A DNA stretch of 64,000 bases from Amoeboaphelidium protococcarum X5 (GCA_023515725.1 JALDTO010000266.1:630708-694707), one strand, 5' to 3'. Counted from the first letter of the stretch, positions 14,056 through 28,864 are shown. The notes: generated by a model not told the origin, from the sequence alone. Numbers and translations: made by a program.

Positions 14056-14395
14056 ATTACAATGAAGGTATCATGGATGTCATTAGAAATAATTTAAACT
14101 TTATGCTGAATCTTTTAAGGCTTTACGTTGCTTGCCTGAAGTTTCAATAATTATTTGACGCTTCACAACTAGCGAGTGTTTATTTTTGAGTGAGGCTTTA
14201 ACATCTAACGCCTCATCAGAAGTTCTAACATCCTTCTCACAATGCGTTAGAACGCGCCGACTAAATCTATGACGCAAACAAGTAGTTAAGGGGCTTGAAT
14301 TAAACGCGATTACTTTGATCCTTCGCTCCCACCTTTCAGTTTAGATACAATAAGCTTTATCGTGACTTACATTTACAGTCTAATTTGGAAATATA

Positions 14396-15175
14396 ATGTT
14401 GAGAGCCGCGTCATTTTTGGTATTGTCCGCTGCTTTGGTATTTTCTGGTCCTTGCTCTGATCCTAACGATCCTGGATGTTGTCTGCAGAGTGTGTAAGTG
14501 AAGTAGAGTGATGGTTCATTCAAAGCCGTTCCGTTGGGATTCGACGCGAACACGAATCAGTGTACTTATCCTGAAGGCTACGAAAGTGATAACACTAGCT
14601 CTTCGACTACATCCAGTTCCACTTCCACGTCCTCATCCACCACAACCTCCACTAGTACTACCTCTGCTAATGATGGCGTGTCTGCTGCTGGAACTGGCGC
14701 CACTACCACAAACATCATCCCTCCAGCACCAATTCAGACCACTACCAGCTCTGACATTATTCCACCGGTACCAACTTCCTTCATCACCACTTCTGCAACT
14801 AGCACCGTGACTGTCATTGTGTCGTCTACTGTAAGCACGAGCGATAGTGCTGTCCCAAGTGGAACGCCTTCTGTCATTGTCATCACCACTCAGAGCGTCA
14901 CCACTTCTGTGTTTGCCACTACTATTGTGGTTACACCTCAGGGTGGTGCTGTTGGAAATAACACCGCTGTCACTGTGATTACGCTGCCTACTGTCACGTC
15001 CACCTCCGCAAGTACTAGCACCAGCACGCGTACCACCACTTAGGGAGTGGCTACTAATGCTGCCGTGTCTAGCGAAGAGAGTTCATCTTCAGCTGCTGGT
15101 GCAATGAAAGATTTTGGTCTCACTGGTCTCACTTTTGCCGCTGCTATGGGATTCTTTTTGGCTCTTATCAACTGA
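14396..15175 (+). CDS. secreted Ser/Thr-rich, probably GPI-anchored cell-surface protein
   Basis: Signal peptide MLRAASFLVLSAALVFS, small Cys cluster, long S/T stalk, and C-terminal SSAAGA followed by a hydrophobic tail. Confidence 0.75.
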
Positions 15176-15431
15176 GATTTTAAGTTAAGAAGTAATTGAT
15201 CAAAATACTTAATAAAATGCAATTTTACTTAAATACATCTCGTATTTTTTTGAATTTTTGATGTCGTTCGTCCGTTGATAGGACGCGGTTAAATCGATCT
15301 TTGTTCAGCGCGTCGCTGTTCAGGGGCATCTTTCGTGTTGTCTTTAACTTCAGACTTTCGACTCACCTTTGTTTCGCTTGACCAGAAATTAATAGCCAAT
15401 AAATTCATTAAATTTTGATTTTATAAAAGGA

Positions 15432-16409
15432 ATGTCCAAAAGGAAAATGAAGGGTTCGGATGATATCAATCTTAGAAGGTTTTATAAGAATCAAGATGGC
15501 GATTAAGGGCGAAGTAATGAAGACGATAATATCATTGCTTCATACTCGGCGATGCTCACACTGAAAAACTAACTGGTTTGCTCCATTTGCACCGACTTTC
15601 TTTGTGCTCCGTACACGTTACAATGTGGACATTCATACTGCTACACTTGTGTAAAGTATTGGTTTCAAACTTAAATTAATAACCAGGAAGAGAATAATGA
15701 CGCTGAGAATGAAGAAGTGCCAGTGATAATCAATAACGAATTTACCTGTGCAGAGTGTCGCTGCGTCATTGAGCAGCCGCCTGTGAAGTCTAATGCGTTA
15801 CAGATGGTGATGGATCAACTTATTGATACTCTTTTGAAACCCGCTGATATTGCTGATTATTAGAGGCGGCTTAATGAGGCTAAGCATATGATACTGGAGG
15901 ATGAAAGACTAAACTTGTTGAAAACTTGGTTTAATAGGCAGCGAGCGTTACGTGACGAAGAATTAAATATAAGGCGCTGTGTCGTATGTCTTTGGGAGTT
16001 GGAAGGAGATTATTGCGAGAACTGTGACGAGACATATTCTCATAACTCGGATTATGATAACGACGAAGATGATTTTGATCAAGACGAACCGTTGTTTGAT
16101 GAAAATGGTAATAATTTAAATGAGTATCTCGACACGGATGAAGATTTAACAGACATTCAACTCCGGGCAGCTGGTTCTAACGCGCGCAATGTCATTGTTA
16201 TAAGCGATGATGATGACAATGACGATGATGATGGTGATAATAATGAAAGTGACAGTGGCCAGTAACAAGACGTTTCAGATCACTCAGAGATTAGCACGGA
16301 TGTTGACGAGCTTGATAGTGAAGATCAATCTGATGATGGAGATCTTATTGACATGGAAGCCAGCGAAGATGATGATACATCTGACACGGACGACTCTGAA
16401 GATAGCTGA
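15432..16409 (+). CDS. PSH1: Psh1-like RING E3 ubiquitin ligase
   Basis: C3HC4 RING CSICTDFLCAPYTLQCGHSYCYTC...CAECR; Psh1-type second Zn motif DEELNIRRCVVCLWELEGDYCENC; acidic tail. Confidence 0.8.
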
Positions 16410-16516
16410 GTGATATGTGCAACAAAAGATCATAGGCCATTATTCAGATGAACATTTTGCGCGTAAATTGATTTTTATTATGCAAGATCTGTATTCATTG
16501 ATTTATTATAAACATT

Positions 16517-17493
16517 TCATTTCTACTCTTTCAAGACAATACTACAGTCATTGTAACCCATCAAAGCACTGACCAATTTATTCATTTATCCTGAGCCTAT
16601 TGGAATAAGAACCAGCTATGGATCAGTCTTGACTCGTAGAATTTGATAATTACGGGGCACATTGTCTAGTTCCTGCTCAACGGTACGTTTAATATGGCTC
16701 ACGGCCACGCTTGGCTTAATATGAATGGCGCCCAGTACATTGCTAGGATCATACTGCTCAGAGTATACTACTAATTCGATCGTTTGATCAGCCTTCTTAG
16801 TGCCATCTTGAGAATAATTACTATTTAAACCAGGAGATGAGTGTTGGATACTTTATGCGTAGTACTAGTGTGACTCTTACTATTGATTGTGCGGCATTAG
16901 TGATTGCGAGGGTGTCTGCTAACTTGATTAACTCACAATGTCCTGCAGTTCTTATGACATTTGAGGATACTTTTTATAAGAAGGCACAAACTAGTCATCC
17001 GGATTGATGGCATCATCAACATCATGATCACCATGCACACCAGATCTATCACCATCTTCGGACGATGTGAATGTTGTCATGTTATCGACTTCATCTCGGA
17101 CCACTGCCAGCTGAGATGATTGAGCAGTAGATCCGTCACTAAACTTCAACAGCAGCGACTTAATTGACGCGTTCTTGGCCAGATCTACAGCAGTCTTGTC
17201 ACTCTCATTCTTGATTGAAGGATCTGCGCCATTGTTCAACAATAATTGAGCAACTTGAACATGTCCTTAATATGCCGCCCAGTGTAATGGAGTCCTACAA
17301 AATCGCGGGTATAAATACTCATTAATGCTGGTTGATTTCACGTAAATCTAAAAGCTTACCATTTATTTACCGCGTTTTGCGCATTAACGTCAACTCCAGT
17401 CTGTATTAGATGCTGTGCGGCAGTAAGTGAGCCCAGAGCAGCTGCCTCCGCCAGAAGTTACTAGTTTCCTTATACTTTCCTGTTATCTGCCAT
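16517..17493 (-). CDS. ankyrin-repeat protein (ANKRD40-like N-terminus), intron 17295-17359
   Basis: LAEAAALG...GVDVNAQNAVNKW|TPLHWAAY.GHVQVAQLLLNNGADPSIKN; continuous to TGA 16517. Confidence 0.75.
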
Positions 17494-17718
17494 AAGATTT
17501 CAATTATTTCGCTATTACCAAATCAGCGATGAAAATACCGAGAGTGATAGTAATTTCTGATCGATCACACAAAAATAATACTACCCAAAAGAAGATCCTA
17601 TTACTTTGTACTGACGCCATCAACTCGACAAGAGGTAAAGTTCATTCAAATTTTAAAAAAAATAGAATTTCAGTATAAACTAATAATAATAAATTTAATG
17701 ATATTAAATGATAAAGTA

Positions 17719-18541
17719 TCAATTAAAAGAGATACCCATGAGTACAGAGTCATCTTTGACGTGACTAAAGTAACCATCTTTGCGAACCAACTCAAAACCA
17801 AAGTAACGAAGCGCCTTCAAATCTTCCGCCTTGGACTTTTTTAAGATAACAATCAGCTCTGAGCACTTCAGAACATCCTCTGCCACTTCCATCAGATTAA
17901 CGATAAACAGCTTGGAGAAGGAATGCGAGAACACACCACACAGATCCATATAAGCAATATTGTTCACAGTGAACCCACTATGCACAGACTGAGTAGAAGA
18001 AGGCAACATCAGACGCGATGAAAGAATGAATAGAGCATCCACCTACGCAAACTTGAGCACATTCTCCACACCGAATATCGCAATGAATGTAATCAGAGCC
18101 TTCTATGCATCGAACTTGATGTCGATGATATCCTGCTTCGTCGACTACGCAAGGACAGGATACTCTGTACTGGCACTCTTGGCAACATCACCCATACTAC
18201 CAGAGTTTGTTGTCCTTTTTAAAATAATACTTTTCCCTGCGAAGATCGCCTGAGCGCAGAATTTCACAAACCACCTCTGGCTCAGCGTCATCAACGTCAG
18301 ACAATAAGGAGCGATCGCTAAACGTCTTCAACGGAGTACATTCTGCACTATAGCAAATCCCACCCGCTGGCTAAGCACTAGCAACCAAGCTTCTCATACG
18401 ACTATTATTATTATTGCCAAACCTCCCTAAATGCTTCTTGGCATTATTCTATTGATTACCACTATTCGACATTGATGGGGAACTTTCATCAGCTATGAAA
18501 TCGGAGGAACCATAAAACATCTAAACCATCTAATTTTTCAT
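17719..18541 (-). CDS. OAZ1: ornithine decarboxylase antizyme, expressed by programmed +1 frameshift at 18187-18193
   Basis: ORF1 (117 codons from ATG 18541) ends ...WQYG-TGA. The +1 frame opens with D-V-A and runs into the antizyme core (NLMEVAEDVLKCSELIVILKK...ALRYFGFELV), ending TGA 17719. Confidence 0.85.
18128..18193 (-). promoter_or_regulatory. antizyme +1 ribosomal frameshift cassette (GGG-UGA-U plus downstream hairpin)
   Basis: Minus strand reads TGG TAG TAT GGG TGA TGT TGC C. GUAUCCUG (18163-18156) can pair with CAGGAUAU (18135-18128). Confidence 0.7.
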
Positions 18542-18833
18542 CTTGAGCAAAAGTTGTTAATTTTAAGCTAGCAAATTCGATCGTTTTGATTATATAATTC
18601 TAATGGTATGAAATAATAATTCTTTTTAGTTCTAAAAGGTAACGGTATTTCTTTTTTATTGATAAATACGTTCTCTTTACTGTATGTGCGTTACGTACAA
18701 TTTTCAACTTAATGGGAAAGAAAGGGTCAAAGGCAGCGAGCGATCAAGATGTTGCTATCGACCAGCAACAACAGTGTGAAGTTCCCATGATCCGCAATCG
18801 CACGATTCGATAAGATTCTTTTCACACGCGCTC

Positions 18834-18858
18834 GCTCTCTCTCTCTCTCTCTCTCTCC
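18834..18858. repeat. (CT)n microsatellite in the antizyme/RasGEF divergent intergenic region
   Basis: Run of ctctctct visible directly. Confidence 0.85.
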
Positions 18859-19247
18859 GCGTTTGTGAAATTCCCCGGCTCCTGCTGGGCGTGTTCTTCT
18901 GCATTGTAACAACTAGAAACGGGCGTCAGATTATCGCATGATCAACTCTCAAAGTCATGCTTGTGGCTATCCAACTTTCATTGATTGTTGCAAACGATAG
19001 GGATTCACGATTGGGTATTAAAATACGGTTTTAAAAATAGACGTCCTTAATGAATGCAACGACTTCATGTACTTTGATGATATTATTGTCACGTTCAGAT
19101 TGCTGTTCCGCTCTCGAGTCTATTTTTATACCGCCATCCTTGGTTCATTTATCTTATCCAACTTCTCTATTCTTAAATCTATTTTGTGATTGTTAGATTT
19201 TACGAGATAAATAATATCACTCATACATTTCATACACGTTGAACAGA

Positions 19248-21452
19248 ATGCAGTAGACCAAGGATGAAATGATAGCTCAGATTGAAGCTGGTCTGCCGAA
19301 CGATGTCGCAAGCCTCAAATCGTTTACCATTGAATTGCTGCTGGCCAACCAATTGTTTCAGGACAGATGCAAGGAGACTATAAGACAGTTGATTGAGGAG
19401 AAGCACATAGCCCTCCACAAGTATCGCCTGCTCGAGAATGCTGCCGGTATCCGCGATTAGTAGACTGGTGTCAACTTCTTATCTTAACTTTAGTACTTGC
19501 AGCTGGAGAATGAGTAACAGGCTGCCACTATTGCCTATCTCAAAATCTAGAATCGCATGTTGGAAGCTTCAGTTACGTAACAAGAAGATTATTATCGCCG
19601 CAACTTGACTGATTTGACTGATTAGCATCAGTAGGAGCTGAAGATTGTTAATGAGAGATCGGTTGAAGTAGAGGCCAAGTTTATGGAGATGTAGAAGGCA
19701 TTTAGTGAGGAGTTGGTGTAATTGCGTCAAGAGAATACTGATCTGAAGCTGAAAGTTGGAAGCGGTAAAGGATCCTCCCTTCCAGCTGCAGACACGCAGT
19801 TTCTACTCAGTGTGCAGACTGAGAATAATTCATTGCAGCAGAGAGTCAAAGAGATGATGGCTGAGAAGTTGTCCCTCTCTGAGAGATTGCGGTCCGTTGA
19901 ATAGTTAAAGAGCATGCACGAGGCTGAAATCACAAAATACCGTAATGATCTGAATTTGTTGCGCAAGACAATGTAAGAGGCAATGACTAAAGTGTTGTCT
20001 GAGGCCAAAACTGAGGCTGATGAGCGCGATGAAGGCTCTGGCCAGATTGTGTTTATTCGCGGTGAGAATGGAAGTAAGTAGATCAAGGGAGCCACTCCTG
20101 AGAAGCTTGTGGAGCGTCTTACTGATCCAAGTACTTTTGATAGCCAGTTCCAGGCGAGCTTCCTATTGACTTTCAGATCATTTATGGAACCGGCCACTTT
20201 CTTGCAACTTCTTGCTAAAAGATTCAAAGACTCCTAGAGTGCCAATCCTACTATCGCTGCCAATATCCAGTCAAAGTAGGCCACCTAATCACCTGTGTAG
20301 TTGCGCGTTTGCAACACTGTTAAGAATTGGATTGAAAACTACTGGTTCGACTTTCAAGATGACAAGAATTTGCTGGACAAATTGAATGAGTTTATCAATT
20401 ACGTGAGAACTCATAACGAGAAGCTTGCTAATGTTATCCGCATGCCTCTGGCTAGGAAGATGAATGGTAAGGAAGAGTCTTTAACTACCACTGTTGTTGT
20501 CGCAGAGAAGAAGACTGCTCTACCGCGTCCTAAACCCATTATTCCTAAGGCTATTGCCAAACGAACATCCAATGCTGCCCAAGATCTGTCCAACACCTCT
20601 GTTACGACTCTGTCAAAATACGGAGGAGATCGACCATCATCGAGTGTGGTGCCGAACTGGGCTGGATTTAATTTTGGCAAGTTGCGTCTCAGCGATGTAC
20701 GCTCTGAAGACTTGAACTTGAAGCTGACCGACTTGGAGCCTTTGGAAGTGGCGCGTCAAATGACACTTGTAGAGTTTGAGCTGTTTTCGAACATTAGACC
20801 AACCGAGTTTTTGAATCAGGCTTGGATGAAGGCAGATAAGGAGATCAAGGCACCTAACATTTGTAACATGACTAAATGGTCTAATCACATAACTAGATGG
20901 GTGGTCACTGAAATCATATCCATCAAAGACTCTCCAAAGACTAGAGCTGTCATATTTGAGAGAATGATTATGATTGCACAGCATCTGGAGAAGATGAACA
21001 ACTTTAATGGTGTTAAAGAGGTGTTGGCAGGTCTGTAGTCATCGGCCGTGTATCGCTTGAAGAAGACTAGGGAGGCTGTGAACAGTAAATACCTCAAAGT
21101 GTTTGATGACTTGGTCAAGTTGACTAGTAGCGAGTTGAACTTCAAGAATTTACGTGCCAAGATTCACAATGCCGATCCACCATTGCTTCCGTTTCCAGGT
21201 ATTTATCAAGGTGATCTGGTGTTTTTGGATGCTTGCAGTAAAGACAAGTTGGAAAATGGTCTGATTAATTATTCCAAGCACTAGAAGATTGCAAGTTATA
21301 TTCTGGAGCTTGAAGTCTACCAGCAGACGCCGTACAACTTTGAGCCTGTGATTGAAATTACAGACTACATCAGAAATTTCACAACAATGAACGATGATGA
21401 GGCCTATAATGACTCTCTTGTGTGTGAACCGCGTGAACCGAGTAACAAGTGA
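19248..21452 (+). CDS. Ras guanine-nucleotide exchange factor (coiled coil + REM + CDC25 domain)
   Basis: IKGATPEKLVERLT, FLLTFRSF, LRVCNTVKNWIENYWFDF, PLEVARQMTL, MNNFNG, PLLPFPGIY.GDLVFLD, GLINYSK; TGA at 21450-21452. Confidence 0.93.
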
Positions 21453-21588
21453 TGATGATAATGATGATATGAAGCGTTAGATGACATGTAGAATTTAGAG
21501 GCGGCGTAATAAAGTCATAAAATATCGAAAATAATATTCAATTTCCAGTTATACATACATTAGCTTATCATTGTTAAACACTGCAAAT

Positions 21589-23100
21589 TCACTCCGTCAT
21601 TCTATTACGATTAGACTTTTCGTCAACAATTATCCGGTTGAGCTCCTCTAAAAGCTCATCAACGCCATAATCTTTAACTTCATCTGGAATAGAATCAAGC
21701 GCAAATTCCGCTTTATCATTTAATTTTCCACTCTTTGACTCCTCATACTTTAATGCCAACTCGTATTTGTCACTCAAGAACTAATGCAGAGAGCTAAATC
21801 CACCCAGTTCAGCATCTGAACACGAAGTAAACTCTGGTGATTCTACGAGTTTAAGAGCTATGTACCAGTGCACAGTCTCAAAGTAGGGGAATCTATATAC
21901 GGGGGGAGTGTCACATCTGTCTTCCAATTCATAGATTCTAAACTACATATCCATACTAAGCGTGTGCAGAAAATTACCGCCAATCACTATGGATGCCTAA
22001 TGTGTATAGACGGCATGAATCCATCCGGCGGGTATGAACATTGTGTCTCCTGCAGTAATGGTGATCTTATGTACATCCTGGACTAAGTCAGCAAAGTAGA
22101 CAGAGGATTGATCTGCAGACGTGCACCATTATTCATATATACGCAGATTATGTTCAGCCGGAGGTATCATGACAAAAGATTTCTGCCCGGAGAGGATGTG
22201 ATAATAGACAGAGGTGGCGCCGAAATCAATATGAAAATCAGTCCAGCATCCGGCAGGTGACATAAGGCAGTATAATTAAACTTTAGGGAACTCTGTATTT
22301 ACTTTTTCTTAAGGCCAGAACGCATCGACAAGATCGAGTTAACGTACAACTTTCGGTCTCCTGACCAGTGATCCAAGCCTCGTATCACTAAACTCCATAC
22401 TGATTACGTTGAGAAGTTTCATCTGGTTTTTCTAATCGGATAGCTTCTTCTAGAAATACTCTGCCCAACGAAACAATGTCCAATCCGGCAAGCCCTCCTA
22501 TCTCTTTACATTCATCACCTCCAGCTTTCTATCTCCAATAATACGCGCAATTTCTGTAACAGTAACTCCCTTTGGAATCATTTTCATCCTGAGCGAATCT
22601 GGTGTATTGCGACACAGAATCGGTTCTGTGAAGCCATTCAGCCGGAAATACTCTGCCGTGATCTAATTCCCACTAAGGACTTTGAATTCAAATGGCGCGT
22701 AATTATACTCCAAAAATCTTTAAACGTGAAGAATATTATCACCGCTGCCATTACGTTCCATTTCACCGCTGGAATCTTGATCTGCATCAGTGTCATCGTC
22801 CACATCCTTATTTTAGCTATTTCGTCTACTATTGGAGCGCTGAGACTTACTCCGCCTTCTCTAGCGGTCATGAGAGCGAGCACCTTCCTTCTTATATGTG
22901 ATAGAACCATGCACTGGCTGACATGAGGTGCAAAAGTATTTCTCTATTCTCTTGGCATCCTTCTACGCGAGATCCACACAGCGACCATGATACCATTCAT
23001 TACAGCCATCACACTCGATCATAAATTCATCGCCAGCTGGCTACCTACACAGGCAGTATAAATCCTCCCCCTATTCTTCTCCCTTCTAATCAATAATCAT
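21589..23100 (-). CDS. JHD1: PHD finger + JmjC histone demethylase (Jhd1/KDM2-KDM7-like)
   Basis: PHD LYCLCRQP...[16 protein letters not shown]; Jmj[27 protein letters not shown]; [22 protein letters not shown]. Confidence 0.9.
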
Positions 23101-23503
23101 AATTGAAATATTCTGTAGTCCTTAAATAAGTCAATTGAAGCGCTTTTTTGCACCAAAAAGATTTTATTTAAAAAGGAATGGAACGTGTCTAGTCTCCATC
23201 CATAAGAAATCTTCCCTTGTAATGAAGTTTAATCAATACTCAGCACAGTCGGTCATCTTTATAAATTATTGGAACGTGTGAATTTTGTAGCTACTCTGTA
23301 AATCTATTTGTATTTTCGATTATATAAATCACTTAATTTCGATGTTGTAATTAAAGTAATTAATGAAATTGCTATAAATAGGCATAAAACTGATTGTTTC
23401 AAGCGTTGATGGCTTATTGAAGGACATTCTCTTTATAATTTTTACTGACATTCATTGATCCATTTAAGCAGAGCTTTTATTTATCTATAGCTGTGGCGAG
23501 AAA

Positions 23504-24524
23504 ATGTCAGAGACTGAGAGTATGACTTTGGTGCTAATACCTGAGAATAATAGCTTTCAAGGGAAACGCACGTTGATCTTGAGTTAGCCCGTAACACTGG
23601 GCAGGTAGTTGGACAATCAGGAATCCCAGTCAGCCACGATGATTAGATTTCCATCTAAAGTGGTATCAAGAATGCATTGTAAATTATCGTATGACATTGA
23701 TAGATTCTATGTTCAAGACACCAAGAGCTCTAGTGGTACATTTCTGAATGGGTAACGCCTATCTCCACAGGGTATGGAGAGTTTGCCCACTGAATTGCAC
23801 GATGGTGACATCATAAAGTTGGGCGAAGATTTTAATTAAGGCGGAAGTAAGTTTTTAATTTGATGTAAATGAAAACCATATCTAATGACGCACCTATGTA
23901 GCATTTCATCAATCAATTGTCATGAAAGTAAAATTGCCTGGATAGGAGGATGAAGAAGATCAGGACGAGCCAGTGGAAGAGGAGGCATACGTTGATGTCA
24001 CTATGGACAACGATGTGAGAGCTACTGTAGATGACGAGTTCAACACCATATGGAATAGTCTGGTCGCAGATATAAACAGTCCGCTGAAGAAGCTGAGAAA
24101 TTCTGTGTAGATAACCACCACAGCTGCAACCGTGACTTCCATGGATCAGGTGGCCAATGATTAATTGCGTCGCATGAGCTCTATCTCTCCAACCAGCCAG
24201 TCGATTAGAAACGACAACACGGTGACCTTGATAAAGTCGTAGTTGGGTAACACGTAATCATCTATTGCATCGGATGGTAATGTTGTTGACAGATCGCAAT
24301 CAGACTCTGCTAATAGATTGTCATCAGACGCATAGGCGGCAGTCGATTGTGCGGCATTCATAGAGTCTCTCAAATGGGAGAGCCCGGAGTTGAAAGACGC
24401 GCTAGTAGACTTGGCAAAGAAACAAGACTCCCAGCTGATTGCATTTTACCGCAGTCTGAAGGGATTTCCTAGCTCTTTTATTAATGTCGCGTCTAAATAT
24501 GTAAAGTACTCGAAAAAGAAATGA
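23504..24524 (+). CDS. FHA-domain protein (SLMAP/Far9/Dma-type FHA), intron 23847-23901
   Basis: VTLGRQ, FPSKVVSRMH, VQDTKSSSGTFLNGQRLSP, LHDGDIIKLGED. No RING or TM segment seen after the FHA. Confidence 0.8.
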
Positions 24525-24670
24525 GTAAGCGTTAGGTACTGTGTAATGATGATGTAGTAGTAGTAGTAGTAAACCAATAGAATGATATGATATGATATTT
24601 TTCTGGCGGTATTCCTTTAGTGCTTGATTTTTTTTAATCTTTGTGATGCAACAACACCACTTTAACAGCA

Positions 24671-24892
24671 ATGAGACCACGAAACGCGTTAAAAGTGGAT
24701 GATGAAGAGGAGACTAATGAGTATGAGCAACGTATTAATGCTTCCGGATGTGCTGCTTAGAATGAGTAGCTATAGGAGTGTTACTTGAAGTACAAGGACT
24801 GGCGGAAGTGTAAAGAGGAGATGATGCGATTTAAAGAGTGTTTTGAGATGAATAAGAAGAGCAGAAGGTAACAGAAGTCAAATGACGCGTGA
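24671..24892 (+). CDS. COA4: cytochrome c oxidase assembly factor 4 (twin CX9C)
   Basis: EYEQRINASGCAAQNEQLQECYLKYKDWRKCKEEMMRFKECF; 73 aa; absent from the ORF track because of TAR codons. Confidence 0.88.
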
Positions 24893-24955
24893 TTACTTAT
24901 AATTACACCTTTAAGGGGAATAAATTTATATACAGTACACTATCACAGAATATAT

Positions 24956-25684
24956 TCATATGCCAGATTCTATTCGTCTTAGCTCTCTCTACTTCCATTG
25001 CTCGTACTCCTAAAGAGCATAATCATCATCGCCATCGAAATAATCTGTATCATCAGTTCCGCCAAATTATTAATCATCTTTAACTGTTTCGTACTGAACA
25101 ACTTTGGATATAAGAAGACGTGTAGTTTCCTCTCTCTACTATTCTTACTATAGTGATAGCATTTTTTATTCATTCTCTGTACCTTACTGTTTGGAGCTGC
25201 TAAGTCGTTCCTCTTTAGACACGAATCCAATACTTAAATCTACATTACTATCTCTACTTGCGGCAAGATCCACGCGTCCTTAATCAGCTCCACCTACCAC
25301 AATATCCTAGTGTAGACTGTATCGCAATTTTTAATGTGTTTGCGCGCCATTTATAATAGTATGTGACGGGATTTACTTATCTGTTTCTTATTGCGGTGGT
25401 TGAGTATTTATGCTGCCAGTAATCAGTATCTTTTGCATAGCCAGTTCCCTCAACCTCTTACTGCGTTCTTCAGGCGTTTCATCTGCTGTTCTTTCAAGTG
25501 AACTATCACCGGCAATTTGCTCTTCATGGGGCTCTTCATTAACGTCCGCTTACTACTACTCCGACTGTGAAATCTTATTGGCAATCACATTATGCTGAGG
25601 TGCAATACCAGCAAAGTGTCGCTGCGGCTTAATCTATCGAGGAGGTATCAGCTTCTACTGCTTTGGCCGCGATTATCTATTCAT
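24956..25684 (-). CDS. MFAP1/Spp381-like spliceosomal B-complex protein (short form)
   Basis: GFVSKEER and terminal DDTD...EYEQWKQRELRRIE resemble the MFAP1 motif EYEAWKxRELKRI; 242 aa. Confidence 0.65.
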
Positions 25685-25881
25685 TTTACTAAAAAGAACG
25701 TTTATATTAGTTCTATAGATCGAAATTACTACAGCGAAGATATTGCTTTCAAGATGGAATAATCAGCAGAGCAAATAAGCTCCTGAACGCGAAATAAATG
25801 AGAGTGAATAGCAACGAAAATAGCGTGTCAAGACGTCGCAACGATATAGGCTGAATTTACAATAATAATAACAATCTATAA

Positions 25882-26554
25882 TCACAAAAAGTCATCTTAT
25901 CGTTTGGGTAATTGATTTCTAGGTACTGAAGGGAGTTGACTGTACACCTTTTTGGCTGCTTTCGCGGCCATTTTCTTGCGATATTAAATCTCTCGCATGT
26001 AGAACAACTTTTAATCCAATATGTACTCCTTAATCTTCACAGGCTATGGGGCAGGCGTAGGACTTTTATTGGTCTTACCTTTATCTTTCTACGAAGCCTT
26101 GTCCACCACCTTCTACGCTTAACTGCTCTTGGTCTTTAAAGAACTTGTCTACTCTCCATCGTTCACTTCTGCATTTTTATCATTATTATCAGATCCATCT
26201 TTACTCTGTTACTATGATTAAGATTACTACTTTTCCTCTGATGTTTTATCCTTCTTTACGGGAGGTGGAGCAGATTTAGCCTAAACAGGCGCAAGAGGTG
26301 TTGGTATGACAGGCTTGCAGAATTGCGTATCTGTAAGGTGACCTGGACAGACGTAAAAGAAATCAAAATCCTTATGTGTGAACACTGTAGTTGTAAACTT
26401 TCCACATACCCAACATGCTACACACTATTAATAATAATAATAATGATATCAGAGATCAATCTAAAAAACTACTTCAATGTAATTGATACTTACGGCTCTC
26501 TCTGGTGGCAGTCTTCACTTCATATTTGTTACCGAATGGAACTGCTTAAGACAT
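25882..26554 (-). CDS. VFA1: Vps4-associated protein Vfa1 (DUF1742), intron 26418-26493
   Basis: PFGNKY..KTA..ES|CWVCGKFTTTVF...DFFYVCPGHLTDTQFCKP; C-terminal LPSVP. Confidence 0.8.
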
Positions 26555-26893
26555 GATGATCACTTGAAAAGATTTGGATAAAAAACCATCACAGAAAAGA
26601 GAAGATCAAACCAAGCATATTTGATCACATGTAATTGGTAACGGTAACAGCAATTAGTTAAATCAAAGCTTGATACTACTGAATCATGAAAAGATCTCTT
26701 ATGACGGAACACTAAGTCAAAAGGTTTAAGTAATGCGGATAGTGGGTGCGTGACGGTCCCCTTAAGGAACGGTTTCAGTTAACGCCTCACTCTGTCTGTC
26801 TCTTCCGCTCGTCACTCGTCATCTCTCACTTTCCGTTTTAGGAAGAATTAACACACGAAACGCCGCGCTGGCACTTTCTTGTCGCGACGTTGA

Positions 26894-28153
<1,260 letters not shown>

Positions 28154-28441
28154 GTATTTTTCTTAAAATTTGAGGATACTAATGACATCATTATTATTAT
28201 GACTATAATTTTGTAAAATGGACAGCAATTAATCATTGCTCTTGTTAAATCTACTATATAACATTGAATGTACTTTTCAGGACTTGTACTATCAGCGTCT
28301 TTAAAACTATAATATTGTCAACTAGCCAAGTTGAGCTTTTTCGCAGTTGGATCCATCTATCTCGCTCTTCTCTTTCAGTCTCTTCTTTATTATTACTATT
28401 GCACTTACTGAATTTTACCATCAAAGAATTATCGCCGTATA

Positions 28442-28806
28442 ATGATGAATTTTCGTATCGCTTAAAGACTGTTTGCAGCTAAAGGTATGGCCATTAAAGA
28501 GGAATATAATCCTGAATTATTAAAACCGGTGATGAGTGAGTGAGTGAGTGTGTGTAGCTTCAAAGCCTGATCTACTTTAGGAACTATACATTAAAGAGTT
28601 GAAGAATGTGAAGCCTGCTCAGAAATCTGTAATGTCTTATTCCTTCAATTTAAATCTATAATTGCAATAACTTGGTAATATATATGAGTGTGAGTTGGTT
28701 TATGTAGGCTGATGAAATTCCTGAGGGTGTTGAAGCGTTAAAGAGTCTGCTGAGGAGTTCTGGTGCCCCAAAAGCTCCATCTGCTGGTCTAAAGTAGAAA
28801 AAGTGA
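28442..28806 (+). CDS. ATP14: mitochondrial ATP synthase subunit h (Atp14), introns 28485-28557 and 28629-28707
   Basis: Spliced product MMNFRIAQRLFAAKASKPDLLQELYIKELKNVKP...: transit peptide plus the subunit-h motif DLxQxLYxxELK. Confidence 0.75.
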
Positions 28807-28864
28807 ATTTACTACTGAATTTTCAAGATTTTAATAATCTTTTAAATGGATCATAATAATATTT

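Noticed and set aside
18170-18200. 31-nt GT...AG intron as an alternative to the antizyme frameshift
   Set aside because: It would restore frame, but it is much shorter and more GC-rich than the 54-79-nt AT-rich introns here, and it would delete the canonical stop/D-V junction. RNA-seq is needed to exclude it fully.
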